DNA of 42,836 nucleotides, taken from IMG/VR virus record IMGVR_UViG_3300037313_000201, positions 1 through 42,836 of that record; one strand, 5' to 3'. The notes beneath the pieces are model-generated. The model did no database searches. It was given only the letters and a program-made list of their open reading frames with translations, and was not told the origin of the DNA. The position numbers were made by a program, and so were the translations under genes. Numbering within the stretch: position 1 is the stretch's first letter; every line of letters starts with the position of its first letter. Source of the stretch: a virus (taxonomy: Duplodnaviria; Caudoviricetes). Below are positions 1 through 10,423 of the stretch, one piece after another.

Positions 1-142
1 TGTGCCGCTGCTCGACGTAGTACAGCGCGCATGCGATGAAGTGGGGTTGCCACGGCCTGCGGCTGTGGCTTCCTCTACCGAACAGCTTGCGCGACAAATG
101 TTCAGCCTTGCCAATGCTGAACTCAATGAACTCAGCAAAAGG
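1..142. repeat. Terminal direct repeat / circular assembly overlap (copy at 42695-42836)
   Basis: 1-142 matches 42695-42836 except one synonymous C/T at position 16/42710. The join falls between the lipoprotein gene and the adaptor gene within a continuous late operon. Confidence 0.95.
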
Positions 143-712
143 TTTAACTGGCCCGTACTAACGCGCGAGTACAATTTTGTGACTGTGGTGGATCAGGCGC
201 AGTATGACTTGCCAGCCGATTACCGCAAGTTCTTGCAAGAAACGATCTATGAGAGTTCGCGGTACTACCAGATGCGCGGTTCCATTTCGGCGGGGGAATG
301 GCAGCGTACGAAGGCGCTGAACCTAGGATCGCTTAGCACGGCGCGGGTGCGCATTTACGGGCATCCGCTAAAGCTGAATATCGTGCCTACCCCGGTGTCC
401 GCAGAGAACGTCGTGTTTGAGTACATGACGAAGAACTTTGCGGTGAACAACGCCAATGAAGAGATACTGCGGTACTCCGGCGATGCGGACACGGCACTGG
501 TCGATGAAGAACTCATACGTCTAGGGCTTAAATGGCGCATCAAGCACGCCAAGGGATTAGAGTTCAGCGCCGACATTGCGGAGTACGAAGCTGTCGTGGC
601 GCGCGAGTTCGCTTCCGCGCTGGCCGGACCTTCCATCCCTGTCGGTTTCAGCCGTAATAGCGAACTGCCGCTTACACGCGGCTACGTTCCCGAAAACGGC
701 TTCGGCGCATAA
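2..712 (+). CDS. Head-tail adaptor / tail tubular protein A-like
   Basis: 236 aa with GTG start. N-terminal LLDVVQRACDEVG and C-terminal LIRLGLKWR...GLEFS are typical of podovirus adaptors. Lies directly before the nozzle gene. Confidence 0.7.
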   Translation: MPLLDVVQRACDEVGLPRPAAVASSTEQLARQMFSLANAELNELSKRFNWPVLTREYNFVTVVDQAQYDLPADYRKFLQETIYESSRYYQMRGSISAGEWQRTKALNLGSLSTARVRIYGHPLKLNIVPTPVSAENVVFEYMTKNFAVNNANEEILRYSGDADTALVDEELIRLGLKWRIKHAKGLEFSADIAEYEAVVAREFASALAGPSIPVGFSRNSELPLTRGYVPENGFGA

Positions 713-2278
713 ATGCTGGCACCGAAAGTCAATACTCGGCAGACGGCCCGCCCGCTAACGATCCCTGCACCCGTAGGCGGATTGAACGGGCGTGACAGCC
801 TCGCGGCCATGCCACAGAAGGATGCGTTCGTACTCGACAACTGGATACCGGGTACTGCAACGGTCGATGCGCGAGGCGGCCATGACGAGCATGTGGCGGC
901 GGCCAGTGTGGGCGGCCCGGTCGAAAGCCTTGTCGCTTACGTAGGCGGCGCTGTCGCCAACAAGAAGCTATTGGCGTTCGGCAACGGTAAGATTGTTGAC
1001 GTTACAACGAGCGCACCGCCAGCACCGTTGCAAACCGGTCGCAACGGGAACCGCATTGTTTCCACCATGTTCAGCAACGCTGGCGCGCAGTTCCTTATCG
1101 GTGTGTCCGGCCTAGACGTGGCATTTTCGTACGATGGTACAACTGTCAACAACCTAGTCATTACGGGCCTTACAGGCTCGGCGGCTACGCTGTCGCATGT
1201 ATTCGCTTTTAAGGGGCGACTGTACTTTGCGCAGAAAGATCAGCTAGGTTTCTATTACTTAGGTGTCGGCGCAATTCAAGGTGCGGCGCAGTACTTTGAC
1301 CTGTCGCAAATCGCGAAGAAAGGTGGCTACCTAGTCGCCACTGCTTCGTTTAGCACCGATAGCGGCAACGGCCCTGCGGATTACATTGTGTTCATCACGT
1401 CGGAAGGCGAATACATTGTGTACGCCGGTACCGATCCGTCAAATGCCGCCACGTGGGCGCTAGTTAGCCGATACTATTCCGCACCGCCTATTGGCCGCAA
1501 CTGCGCGTTCAACTACGGCTCGGAACTGGTGGTACTGACGCTAGAGGGCGCGCTACCCTTTTCCGCCATTCGGCGCGAAGGCGGGATAAAGGACGACGAC
1601 GCCCTGACGTACAAGCTAGGTTCGTACATTCAAGAAAAGAATGTGAACGCCAGTGTGCACGGGTGGCAAGTAGCCTTTTACCCGCGCAAGGGACTTATGT
1701 TCGTGAACGTGCCCGCTACGTCTAGCATCGCCGGGGCGTTTGTGCAATTCGTGCAAAACACCGTCACAAAGGCGTGGACACGTTTCACGAACCTAAACGG
1801 TATATGCTGGTGTGAGTTCAACGGCGACCTGTATTTCGGCAAGTACGACGGTCGTGTTATGAAGTACGACACGGGGCAGCTAGACGACGGCGCTCCGATC
1901 CTGCTAGATTGCAAGCAGGCGTACAACTATTTCGAGGACGGCAGCGGAAGTACGAACTCGAACAAGCACTTTCATTTCGCCAAACTACTGCTAGGGTGCG
2001 ACGGCGACCCGCCGTTAAACGCACAGTTTAATGTCGATTACCTAGAGGATCAACCGGAGTACATTGCCGGTGTGCCGGATGAAACCGGCTCCGCTTGGGA
2101 TATATCGTCATGGGACATTTCGGCGTGGGGTAACGACGTAAGCACCAAGTTCTTCATGGTGAGCATAGGCAAGTTCGGTGTGGCCGGATCGCTTTGGGTA
2201 CGCGCGTCATTGAACGGGCTAAGCCTCAAGTGGTACGCCACTCAGTACATTTTCAGCAAGGCACAAGGCGTACTATAA
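713..2278 (+). CDS. Tail nozzle / packaged-DNA stabilisation protein (P22 gp10 / T7 gp12-like)
   Basis: 521 aa, beta-rich, with PAPVGGLN at the N-terminus and FKGRLYF. Position follows the adaptor. Confidence 0.7.
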   Translation: MLAPKVNTRQTARPLTIPAPVGGLNGRDSLAAMPQKDAFVLDNWIPGTATVDARGGHDEHVAAASVGGPVESLVAYVGGAVANKKLLAFGNGKIVDVTTSAPPAPLQTGRNGNRIVSTMFSNAGAQFLIGVSGLDVAFSYDGTTVNNLVITGLTGSAATLSHVFAFKGRLYFAQKDQLGFYYLGVGAIQGAAQYFDLSQIAKKGGYLVATASFSTDSGNGPADYIVFITSEGEYIVYAGTDPSNAATWALVSRYYSAPPIGRNCAFNYGSELVVLTLEGALPFSAIRREGGIKDDDALTYKLGSYIQEKNVNASVHGWQVAFYPRKGLMFVNVPATSSIAGAFVQFVQNTVTKAWTRFTNLNGICWCEFNGDLYFGKYDGRVMKYDTGQLDDGAPILLDCKQAYNYFEDGSGSTNSNKHFHFAKLLLGCDGDPPLNAQFNVDYLEDQPEYIAGVPDETGSAWDISSWDISAWGNDVSTKFFMVSIGKFGVAGSLWVRASLNGLSLKWYATQYIFSKAQGVL

Positions 2279-2742
2279 TGCTAGCAGTTCCAGCGGGTGA
2301 CAAGGCCGATATGGTGGCCGCGTACATTTCGTCGAAGGTTGAAGGTTCATCGCCACGGTTCGCACCGGGGCAGTTCCAAGCGTTCGCGTTCCTGTCGGAT
2401 AAACAGGAGTTTGTTGGCGGCGCTGTAATCTCCAACTTTCGGCGCGGCCAGTTCAGTAATGATTGTGAGATTAGCTGCGCGGCGGAAAGTTCAATGGCGT
2501 TCCGTCCCCACGTCTGTGCAGCGGTCTTTCAGTATATCTTCGTACAACTGGAATGCGGGCGCTGTACGGCGATTACAACTAAGAAAAACCGGCGCACAAG
2601 GGCCTTTTTAGAGGCCCTAGGATTTGTGCTTGAAGGCTGCGTAAGACGTGGATACGACGGCAAACGGGATGCGCTAGTCTATGGCCTTTTGGTCGAGGAT
2701 TGCCGCTTTTTGGGGGTCGGGGGGCCGCCGCTGAATGGGTAA
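2278..2742 (+). CDS. GNAT-like acetyltransferase of the tail operon
   Basis: ATG overlaps the upstream TAA. N..TRAFLEALGFVLEG..R is a RimJ/L-type GNAT motif. Confidence 0.7.
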   Translation: MLAVPAGDKADMVAAYISSKVEGSSPRFAPGQFQAFAFLSDKQEFVGGAVISNFRRGQFSNDCEISCAAESSMAFRPHVCAAVFQYIFVQLECGRCTAITTKKNRRTRAFLEALGFVLEGCVRRGYDGKRDALVYGLLVEDCRFLGVGGPPLNG

Positions 2743-4087
2743 GGACACACCTTCGCCACCGCCGCCGCCCGATCCAAGGGCAGTAGCGCAGGCGCAGTCA
2801 CAGTACAGTCGTGAGGCCGCGATTGCGCAGGCCAACATGAACCGTATTGACCAGTACACGCCGCAAGGATCAATCACGTATAGGCAGATCGGCACGAACG
2901 CCGACGGTACGCCGCAGTACAGGCAGGACCAGACGTACTCGCCTGAACAGCAGGCGCTGTACGAACAGCAAAATCAAATCGCGCAGGCGCTCGGTACTAC
3001 GGCGCAGGGCCAGATTGGCCGCGTCAATCAGACCATGGGCGCGAACTTCAATTACGACGGCATGACGCCGATGGTGACTAGCGTTGCCGGACAGCCCGTG
3101 CAGCGCGTCAACGGTACAACTAACCTGCAAACGTCCCTGCCGAACGCGGGCAACATCCAACAGAACGTCGGCCCCACAGATTTCAGTGCGGACGGTCGCC
3201 GTGTCGCGGACAGCGTGTACAATCAGGCAACGTCGCGCCTTGATCCGCAGTTCGCGCAGCAAAATTCCGACATGGAAGCCAAGCTGGCGGCGCAGGGCAT
3301 CGCCAAGGGTTCGGAAGCATACAACCGCGAACTCGACAATTTCAATCGTGCGCGTAACGACGCGTACAATCAGGCCAACTACTCGGCTATTCAGGCTGGC
3401 GGCAATGAGCAGTCGCGCCTGTTCGGCTTGCAGTTGCAGCAGGGCCAGTTCCACAATCAGGCGCAGGATCAGCAGTTCACGCAAAACCTCGGCGCTGGCG
3501 AGTTCGGGAACAACGCGCAGACGCAACAGCAGCAGAACAACATGGCAACGGCGGGTTTCAACAACCAAGCCGGTGCACAGCAGTTCAATCAGGACGTGCA
3601 GAACGCGAACTTCGCGAACACGGGGCGTCAGCAGCAAATACAGGAAGCGACGTATCTCCGCAACCTGCCGCTTAACGACATTGCGGCGTTGCTTGGTACG
3701 GGCGGCGGTGTGCAGCAGCCGCAGTTCAGCAGCGTATCGCAAGTCGGCGTTGCCGCTCCCGATTATCAGGGTGCGGTGTACAATACGTTCAACGCGCAGC
3801 AAAATCAGTACAATCAGGCGCAGGCAAACCGCTCGGCGGGCCTAGGTTCGATCTTCGGCTTGGCTGGCAGTCTCGCACCGTTGGCGTTCTCCGATATTCG
3901 CCTCAAGTACGATATCAAGCGTATCGGCATGTTGGCGAACGGGCTTGCGACGTACACGTTCAGCTACATCGGCAGCAAGGCTCGCCAGTTCGGTGTCATG
4001 GCGCAAGAAGCGCTTGACGTGGTACCGGAAGCTGTTGTGGTCGCACCGAACGGCTATCTGGCCGTCGATTACAGGAAGGTGTGGTAA
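2735..4087 (+). CDS. Ejection/pilot internal virion protein with C-terminal peptidase S74-like chaperone
   Basis: MGK..P-rich start, Q/N-rich body, hydrophobic GLGSIFGLAG segment, then SDIRLKYDI...GVMAQE...YLAVDY. Confidence 0.7.
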   Translation: MGKDTPSPPPPPDPRAVAQAQSQYSREAAIAQANMNRIDQYTPQGSITYRQIGTNADGTPQYRQDQTYSPEQQALYEQQNQIAQALGTTAQGQIGRVNQTMGANFNYDGMTPMVTSVAGQPVQRVNGTTNLQTSLPNAGNIQQNVGPTDFSADGRRVADSVYNQATSRLDPQFAQQNSDMEAKLAAQGIAKGSEAYNRELDNFNRARNDAYNQANYSAIQAGGNEQSRLFGLQLQQGQFHNQAQDQQFTQNLGAGEFGNNAQTQQQQNNMATAGFNNQAGAQQFNQDVQNANFANTGRQQQIQEATYLRNLPLNDIAALLGTGGGVQQPQFSSVSQVGVAAPDYQGAVYNTFNAQQNQYNQAQANRSAGLGSIFGLAGSLAPLAFSDIRLKYDIKRIGMLANGLATYTFSYIGSKARQFGVMAQEALDVVPEAVVVAPNGYLAVDYRKVW

Positions 4088-6190
4088 ATGCCGACGTTTG
4101 TTCCTGAAATCACCAAAGCGTATCAGGATGATCCGCGTACGAAGCTGGCGCAGGCTCTCGTACAAACCGGCGCGAACACCGGCCCCGTAGCTGGCGGCGG
4201 ATGGGCGTGGGCTGACGGTATTGCGCGTGCCTTGTCCGGCCTTGCTGGCGGCTATGTACAGCACAAGCAGGAACAGAAGTTCGAAAAGCTGGATCAGGCC
4301 GCGAACTCCGATGCGAAGAAGGCCATGAACGACGCCATTGCGCAGGCCCTTGCCGGGAACGGTGCAGCATCGGCACCGGCAGGCCCGCCGCAAGCCGCCG
4401 CCGCCGTGCCTCAGGGCGGCCCTGTACCGGCTCAGCAGCCCGCGCAGGCACCGGTACAGGCACCCCCGCCGCAGCCGGACCCTCTGGCACCGCTGCCGGA
4501 CGGCTCACAGGCCCCACAGGGCGCTCCGCAAGGCATGCCGCCCGCGTCCATCGCTCAAGCGCCTCAGGCGGCTCCTGCGGCCCCTCAGGGGCCTTCCCCG
4601 GCTGCACAGGCCATGCCCGCCGCTGCCCCGGCTGCTGCCGCTCAAATCGCCGCCGCGCTTGGCGGGGGGAGCGCGGCTAACCCCGCAACCCCTTTCGGGC
4701 AACCGAAGCCGCGCGTAAGCGGCGCGAGCGTGGTACAGGCTATGCTCCCGATTACACGAGCTACGGAGAGTAACAACAAAGACTTCACCGCGTCCGGTAC
4801 TCCTGTTACTAGCGTCAAGGGCGCTAAGTACGCCATGCAAGTCATGCCTGCCACGGCCCGTAAGCCGGGGTTCGGCATTCGCCCCGCCGCGAACGATAGC
4901 CCGGAAGAGTACAATCGCGTCGGCACCGAACTGCTAGGCAAGTTGGTGGAGAAGTACGGCGACCCGGCAAAGGGATGGGCCGCGTACAACGCCGGTACAG
5001 GCCGCGTTAATCATGCAATCGCCAAGCATGGCGACGATTGGCTACAGCACTTGCCCGCCGAAACGCAAGCGTACGTCAAAAAGAACGTGGAAGCGCTCGG
5101 CAACACCGATCCGTCGCAGGGCGGGTACTACCCCGAGACGCAACAGGCGGAACTTAAGCCCACGGGTCCGATCCAGTATCAGACGCCGGAACCGGAAACC
5201 CCGACGCTTCCCGACCGTCCGGCAGATCGCGGCTCCGCGCGTTCGCTTCGCCTACTGGCAGGCCGTAATCTGTTGAACGCCAATCCGGCGCTGTTCACGC
5301 GCGCCATGGAAATGCTCGATACCGGCATGGGCGAACAGTTCGCCGCCGACCGTGACGCGCTTGCGGAAAACAACAACCGCGACGATACTCTGTACAAGGC
5401 TGGCATTGACGATCATTTCAATGCCACTAGCCAGAAGCGCTCGGCGGCGTATGATACGCGCGGTCGCGAGCAGACGGAAGGCTACGCGTACGGTCGCGAA
5501 ATGCGTGGTTACGCTCACGACGATAACAACCGCGAGGACACGCAATCGTTCACGGCGGGCGAGAGCGCCAAGGATCGCGCAGCTACTGCGGCCAACATAC
5601 AGGCGCAGATTGAAGGCAGGCACGAGGACGCGCAGACGAAAGCCGCCGCACGTATGCAAAATTTCCTGAACACGCCTGCCGGTACGCGCATGTACCAGCA
5701 GACGACGGACACGATGAAACAGAACGATGATATCGTGAACCAGATAAATTCGTTCATGGAACTTAACGAGGCGCATCCGAACGCCACTGGCGGCTTCATT
5801 ATGAACTCCGCTCCCGAGTGGATCGCGCGTAACATGTCGCAGTCCACTCAGGCGATGGATGCGATTACAAACAAGATCGCACCGCTTATGCGCCAAGCGG
5901 GGCAGGGTTCCATGTCCGATAGCGACCTTAAGAAGTTCGAACGTTCCGTGCCGAACGTACGTAACCTCATTGGCGCGAACCGCCAAACGGCTGCGCGGCT
6001 CAAGGCGGGCATGGCGCGCATCAACGATTTTGAACTGCACAAGCTGCAAGCCGCAGCGGAAGGCCGCCAAGTGCAGTTCCTTCAAGAATGGAACATGTAC
6101 AAGAGCCAAGTTCCGTTTGAGAAGGGTATCAGCTTCGACGACTGGAAAAGCAGCGTACCGCAGTACGGCGCAGACGGGAAGCGTAAGTAA
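4088..6190 (+). CDS. Internal virion protein with lytic transglycosylase (SLT) domain
   Basis: SLT motifs TES, GAKYAMQVMPATA and AAYNAG.G, with a P/A/Q-rich linker. Confidence 0.8.
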   Translation: MPTFVPEITKAYQDDPRTKLAQALVQTGANTGPVAGGGWAWADGIARALSGLAGGYVQHKQEQKFEKLDQAANSDAKKAMNDAIAQALAGNGAASAPAGPPQAAAAVPQGGPVPAQQPAQAPVQAPPPQPDPLAPLPDGSQAPQGAPQGMPPASIAQAPQAAPAAPQGPSPAAQAMPAAAPAAAAQIAAALGGGSAANPATPFGQPKPRVSGASVVQAMLPITRATESNNKDFTASGTPVTSVKGAKYAMQVMPATARKPGFGIRPAANDSPEEYNRVGTELLGKLVEKYGDPAKGWAAYNAGTGRVNHAIAKHGDDWLQHLPAETQAYVKKNVEALGNTDPSQGGYYPETQQAELKPTGPIQYQTPEPETPTLPDRPADRGSARSLRLLAGRNLLNANPALFTRAMEMLDTGMGEQFAADRDALAENNNRDDTLYKAGIDDHFNATSQKRSAAYDTRGREQTEGYAYGREMRGYAHDDNNREDTQSFTAGESAKDRAATAANIQAQIEGRHEDAQTKAAARMQNFLNTPAGTRMYQQTTDTMKQNDDIVNQINSFMELNEAHPNATGGFIMNSAPEWIARNMSQSTQAMDAITNKIAPLMRQAGQGSMSDSDLKKFERSVPNVRNLIGANRQTAARLKAGMARINDFELHKLQAAAEGRQVQFLQEWNMYKSQVPFEKGISFDDWKSSVPQYGADGKRK

Positions 6191-8292
6191 TGCCTCTGGT
6201 CAACACTCCAAACGGGTCGTTCTACATTGACGACAACGCTTCGCCGGATGCTATTGCAGCGGCGAAGCAGGATTTCATGCGTACGCATCAGCGTAAGGTG
6301 AGCGCCGCGCCACCGCCGCCTAAGCTGAGCGCGGAGCAGCAGGAAGTACAGCGCCGCGTAGCAGCGGGGCGTAAGGTTAACCAGAGCGGTATCTTTGGTG
6401 AAACCGGCGCTGGCATACTGCGCAAGGCTGCGCAAGGTTTCACGTTCAACCTCATGGACGAAGGTATCGGCGCGGCGCATGCGCTTGGTAAGGTGTTCCA
6501 AGGCAAGGACGCCATGGAGCGCGAGTACCGCATCGCGCGCGATACCGAACGGCAACTCAACGAAACACAGGCGAACGGCACTGGCGGAGCCATTGCGGAG
6601 ATTGCTGGCGCACTTGCCAACCCTATCGGAACCGGCGCGAAAGCGTTGCAGTTCATCGGCAAGGCAGGCAAGTTCGCGGCCCCGGTCGCCAAAATCGGTC
6701 AACGGCTAGAGCGCGCACCGGCTGTTGTACAGGGAATTGCAGCCGGTGCGAACCAAGGCGCGCTGAACGCCGTAGGCGCAGACGAAAGCGCAAACGGCGT
6801 AGGCGATCTGGTAACGCGCGCCGGACAAGGGGCAATCGCGGGTGGTATCGGTGGTGGCGTGCTAGGCGCTGCTACCACCGGTGTCCGCAGGGCTGCGCAA
6901 ATTCTGTCGGATCGCGCGCCTGCTGCCGCCGAACGTGTCGCGTACGGTAAAATCGGCAACATGCTCGAAAGGGCTGGGGTCACGCCCGCCCGCGCTGAGC
7001 GCGAGATTGCCGTTACCAACGCACGCGGCGGCGATGCAGTACTAGGCGATATGTCGCCCGGCCTTGCAAGCCAGACTGGCGCACTCGCTAAGCGCCCCGA
7101 CGTTGCTCCTTCCAACGACATGATTAAGCGGTCGCGCGGGCGGCTTGCGGATCGGGGCGAACGGTTCGATGCGGAACTACGCCGCCATGTCGGTAACGCC
7201 GACGCGGACGCGCACATTGACGCGATCAACGCCGCGCGCAAGGGGCAGGGTAAGGTCGATTACGAGCAAGCGCTCGACGGCAAGTTTCACTGGAACCAGC
7301 AGCTACAGGATTTCGTGGACAAGGCCGATCCTGAAATTCACGACGCGTTTCGTAAGGGCGCGCACCTTGCCAGTCTGCACGATCAGGACATTGCGCAGCT
7401 AGGCATGAAAATTGGTGAGGACGGGAAGCCGATTATCACCAGTACTACGCCGTCCATGCGTGTGTTCGATTACACAAAACGCGCTATGGATACGAAAATC
7501 GGCGCTGCGCTACGCGCGGGTGACGAACCTCTCGCGGCGGGCCTGTCCAATCAGCTTGGCAAGTTCAAGCAGATGATTATGGGCGCTAACCCGGATTACG
7601 CCCCGGCGCTCGCCAAGCAGCGTGACGCATTCGAGCGTGTATCTGCTACGCAACTCGGCCTCGACGTTGTAAGTCGTATGCGCAAAGAACCGCGCAAGGT
7701 ACTAAAAGAATTGCAAGCGCTCGATCCTTCGAAACATGCCGACGCGCGGCAGGGTATCGCGGATGCGCTTATTGACCTTCGTACTCAGAAGGTCGATCCT
7801 GTCGCGTTCTTGCAGAGCGTGTCGCGTTCGCCGGAACAGCGCAAAATTCTCGAATTTATGTTCAACGGCAAAGGCAACCTTGGCCGGTTCCGTCGCTTCA
7901 TGGATCGCGAAACCCGTACTGCCGATACAGACAAGTTGGTAGCGCCGGGGTACCAGTCGGCTACGCACGCGTACAAAATGGCCGATGAAAGCCTAGGCGC
8001 TGGCGACGATCTTATGGGGATCGCGGAGCATGGTTTGCGCGGTGGTGCATTCGGCGGCCCTGCCGGTGCCTCGGCGGGCATCACACGCAAGTTCATGGAC
8101 CTCAAAAACAACATGTCGCCTAGCGCTCTTGACGCCATGGCGCAGGCACTTATGAGTGACGGCAAGGGGGTAGCCGAAAAGGTTTCGGCAGCGCGCACGT
8201 ACGCCAAGGTGCGGAAGGCGCGCAACGCCAAGTACGCTATCAAGGCGGCGAAAGCGGGCCAGCAGCCTTTCACCGACTACGCGGGGGAGTAG
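6190..8292 (+). CDS. Large internal virion (ejection) protein
   Basis: 700 aa, Ala/Gly-rich helical protein with QGFTFNLMDE motif. Position between SLT protein and tail fibre. Confidence 0.6.
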   Translation: MPLVNTPNGSFYIDDNASPDAIAAAKQDFMRTHQRKVSAAPPPPKLSAEQQEVQRRVAAGRKVNQSGIFGETGAGILRKAAQGFTFNLMDEGIGAAHALGKVFQGKDAMEREYRIARDTERQLNETQANGTGGAIAEIAGALANPIGTGAKALQFIGKAGKFAAPVAKIGQRLERAPAVVQGIAAGANQGALNAVGADESANGVGDLVTRAGQGAIAGGIGGGVLGAATTGVRRAAQILSDRAPAAAERVAYGKIGNMLERAGVTPARAEREIAVTNARGGDAVLGDMSPGLASQTGALAKRPDVAPSNDMIKRSRGRLADRGERFDAELRRHVGNADADAHIDAINAARKGQGKVDYEQALDGKFHWNQQLQDFVDKADPEIHDAFRKGAHLASLHDQDIAQLGMKIGEDGKPIITSTTPSMRVFDYTKRAMDTKIGAALRAGDEPLAAGLSNQLGKFKQMIMGANPDYAPALAKQRDAFERVSATQLGLDVVSRMRKEPRKVLKELQALDPSKHADARQGIADALIDLRTQKVDPVAFLQSVSRSPEQRKILEFMFNGKGNLGRFRRFMDRETRTADTDKLVAPGYQSATHAYKMADESLGAGDDLMGIAEHGLRGGAFGGPAGASAGITRKFMDLKNNMSPSALDAMAQALMSDGKGVAEKVSAARTYAKVRKARNAKYAIKAAKAGQQPFTDYAGE

Positions 8293-8295
8293 TAC

Positions 8296-9852
8296 ATGCC
8301 TTTCGACGCATCAGGCAATTTCACGCGGAACTACAATTTCGAACAGGACCGCGATAACGGCATCAAAATCCTCGCGTCGCGCGTGGACGGCGAGTTCGAC
8401 AACTTCGCCACAGGCATGAACTTGGTGTTCTTCCGCGACGGTCGCGTGCCGATGCAGGCCGACTTGCGCATGAACATCAACCGCATTACCGGCATTGCGG
8501 ACGGCAGCGCGGCATCCCCGGCGCTCAAGTTCAATACCGACGCCAGCACGGGACCGTATCTTCCCGGCCTTAGCCAGTACGGTATTTCAGTCAATGGTAC
8601 GCAACGCGCGGTGTTCAACACCACCGGCATGACGGTTACTGGCGATGCGTCGGCCACCACGTTCACCGAAGGCGGCACGCTGCTGTCGGCCAAGTACGCG
8701 CAGAAAGCCGCGCCTACGTTCACCGGCATTACTGTGTTCAAGAACGGGCAGACGGACACGTACGCACTTTCTGCGCAGTCACAGCTTCGTTTCGAGTTCA
8801 ATACTGGCGGGTACGCCCATGCCGTAGTTTCGCGGCACAACGTTGCGGGGGCGGCTAACAACGCGCTCGACTTCTGGCTTAACAACGGTACGCTGGCGGG
8901 CGATCCGTCTATCAAAGCTGCTACGCTAGACGCATCGGCGGGCCTTACGGTCAACGTCGGCAGTGTAACCGCTCCGATTGTAGCGTCCGCGCCTGTTGCT
9001 GGCGGCGGGCTGTTCATCGGGGCACGCAACGGCGGCAGTCCGTCCGGTATCATCTATGCCCCAACGCCGGGGGATATTCGCATCAACAACGGTGGCGGCG
9101 CGGACTTGCTTACCGCGAATGGCACTACTGTTGATTTCAAGAACCATACGACGCTGTATCTGAACGCGCAAAAGATACTTATGCAGCATGATGGTAGCAA
9201 CGGTTTTTTCCGTTCGCAAACCGGTGGGCTGTACTTGGGTGGCGGCGGACTATCATCGCTAGTCCTTACATCGGGCGGTGACATACAATTTCCGATAAAC
9301 GGTAAGAAGATGTTTTTTACCGATACTGGTGCATCGAACCCGTACTTCTCAGCGGAAGCTGGCGGCAACTTCGCGTTTTATACGACCAGCAGCACAGGTA
9401 CGTTCATTTCGGCGTACCATGTTTCCACCCGTGCCGTCGGCACGCCGACGTTCTTTTTCGACGTGCCGGTGCAGTTGCCTCCCGGCTCTGTTGCCGTTAC
9501 TCAAGCGGCAGGCGATGCTACCACGAACATTGCCACTACGGCGTTCGCGGATCGGTTGCGCGGCCTGCCCTCGCGCACCGTTGCGGGTACCACGCTTGTC
9601 GTTGCCGACCGTGGCGGCATGGTCAAATCGTCCGGCGCTGTAACGGTTCCGGCCAACGTGTTCGCGGCGGACGACGTGGTAGTGGTGTACAACAACAGCG
9701 GTGTTGCCATTTCGCTTACGCAAGGCGCGTCCCTCACGCTGCGGCAGTCCGGTACTGCTAACACGGGTACGCGCTCTATCGCGCAGCGCGGCTTCGCCAC
9801 TATCACGTTCATTTCGGCCACTGAGGCGGTCGCCAGCGGGGACGTGTCCTAA
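8296..9852 (+). CDS. Tail fibre / receptor-binding protein
   Basis: Podovirus N-terminal anchor (MPFDASGNFTR...RVDGEFDNFATG...RDG), G/T/S-rich beta body, C-terminal module ending SGDVS. Confidence 0.75.
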   Translation: MPFDASGNFTRNYNFEQDRDNGIKILASRVDGEFDNFATGMNLVFFRDGRVPMQADLRMNINRITGIADGSAASPALKFNTDASTGPYLPGLSQYGISVNGTQRAVFNTTGMTVTGDASATTFTEGGTLLSAKYAQKAAPTFTGITVFKNGQTDTYALSAQSQLRFEFNTGGYAHAVVSRHNVAGAANNALDFWLNNGTLAGDPSIKAATLDASAGLTVNVGSVTAPIVASAPVAGGGLFIGARNGGSPSGIIYAPTPGDIRINNGGGADLLTANGTTVDFKNHTTLYLNAQKILMQHDGSNGFFRSQTGGLYLGGGGLSSLVLTSGGDIQFPINGKKMFFTDTGASNPYFSAEAGGNFAFYTTSSTGTFISAYHVSTRAVGTPTFFFDVPVQLPPGSVAVTQAAGDATTNIATTAFADRLRGLPSRTVAGTTLVVADRGGMVKSSGAVTVPANVFAADDVVVVYNNSGVAISLTQGASLTLRQSGTANTGTRSIAQRGFATITFISATEAVASGDVS

Positions 9853-10394
9853 TGTCTGGCGTACTGGCAGCGCGCGTTGGTAGCGGTAAGCCGTTTGTGC
9901 CTGTAGTTCACACTCTTACAGGTGCGGGTACAGAAACAGTGCCTATGGGCGCAACGTCTGTTACAATCGAAGTGTGGGGGGCAGGCGGACATGGCGGCGC
10001 GGGTTCCGGCGCGTCCAACACGGGCGGCGGTGGCGGCGCTGGCGGCTATTCCAAATCAATTTACGCCTGTTCGGGCGGGCAAACCATAGCCTATTCAGGC
10101 GGCGCAGCAGGGCTTGGGGCCGGGGGCAGTTCAAGCGCCAGTAGTGGCACGCTTACTATCAGTACTATGACTTGCGGTGGCGGTACTGCGGGTAACTCTG
10201 GCGGTTCCGCAGGCGTAGGTGGAACGGCCTCAGGTGGCAACACGACCAATACCACAGGTAGTTCGGGCCAGACCGGTACCTTAGGCGGCGCTGGCGGTGG
10301 CAGTATCTACGGTTACGGGGGTAACGGTGGTACGGGGTCTATTGACCAAGGCACCAGCGGCGGCCCCGGTACAGTACAGTTTTCGTACACGTAA
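9852..10394 (+). CDS. Glycine-rich tail-fibre tip / adhesin
   Basis: VP.GATSVTIEVWGAGG...GGGGGAGGY glycine-rich domain, translationally coupled to the fibre gene. Confidence 0.7.
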   Translation: MSGVLAARVGSGKPFVPVVHTLTGAGTETVPMGATSVTIEVWGAGGHGGAGSGASNTGGGGGAGGYSKSIYACSGGQTIAYSGGAAGLGAGGSSSASSGTLTISTMTCGGGTAGNSGGSAGVGGTASGGNTTNTTGSSGQTGTLGGAGGGSIYGYGGNGGTGSIDQGTSGGPGTVQFSYT

Positions 10395-10423
10395 CGCGTA
10401 CACTACGGGGCAGGGGGAGTACA

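Noticed and set aside
2870-3802. Long antisense and alternative-frame ORFs (e.g. 2870-3802, 5252-6109, 24823-25776, 36364-37254, 40085-41080)
   Set aside because: These are shadow ORFs expected opposite GC-biased genes. They have no SD, no local codon anomaly and no motifs.
9110-9330. AT-richer patch in the tail fibre as another overprinted gene
   Set aside because: The +1 frame gives only very short ORFs. Fibre mosaicism is the simpler explanation.
8296-10394. Diversity-generating retroelement acting on the tail fibre
   Set aside because: No reverse transcriptase and no template/variable repeat pair was seen.
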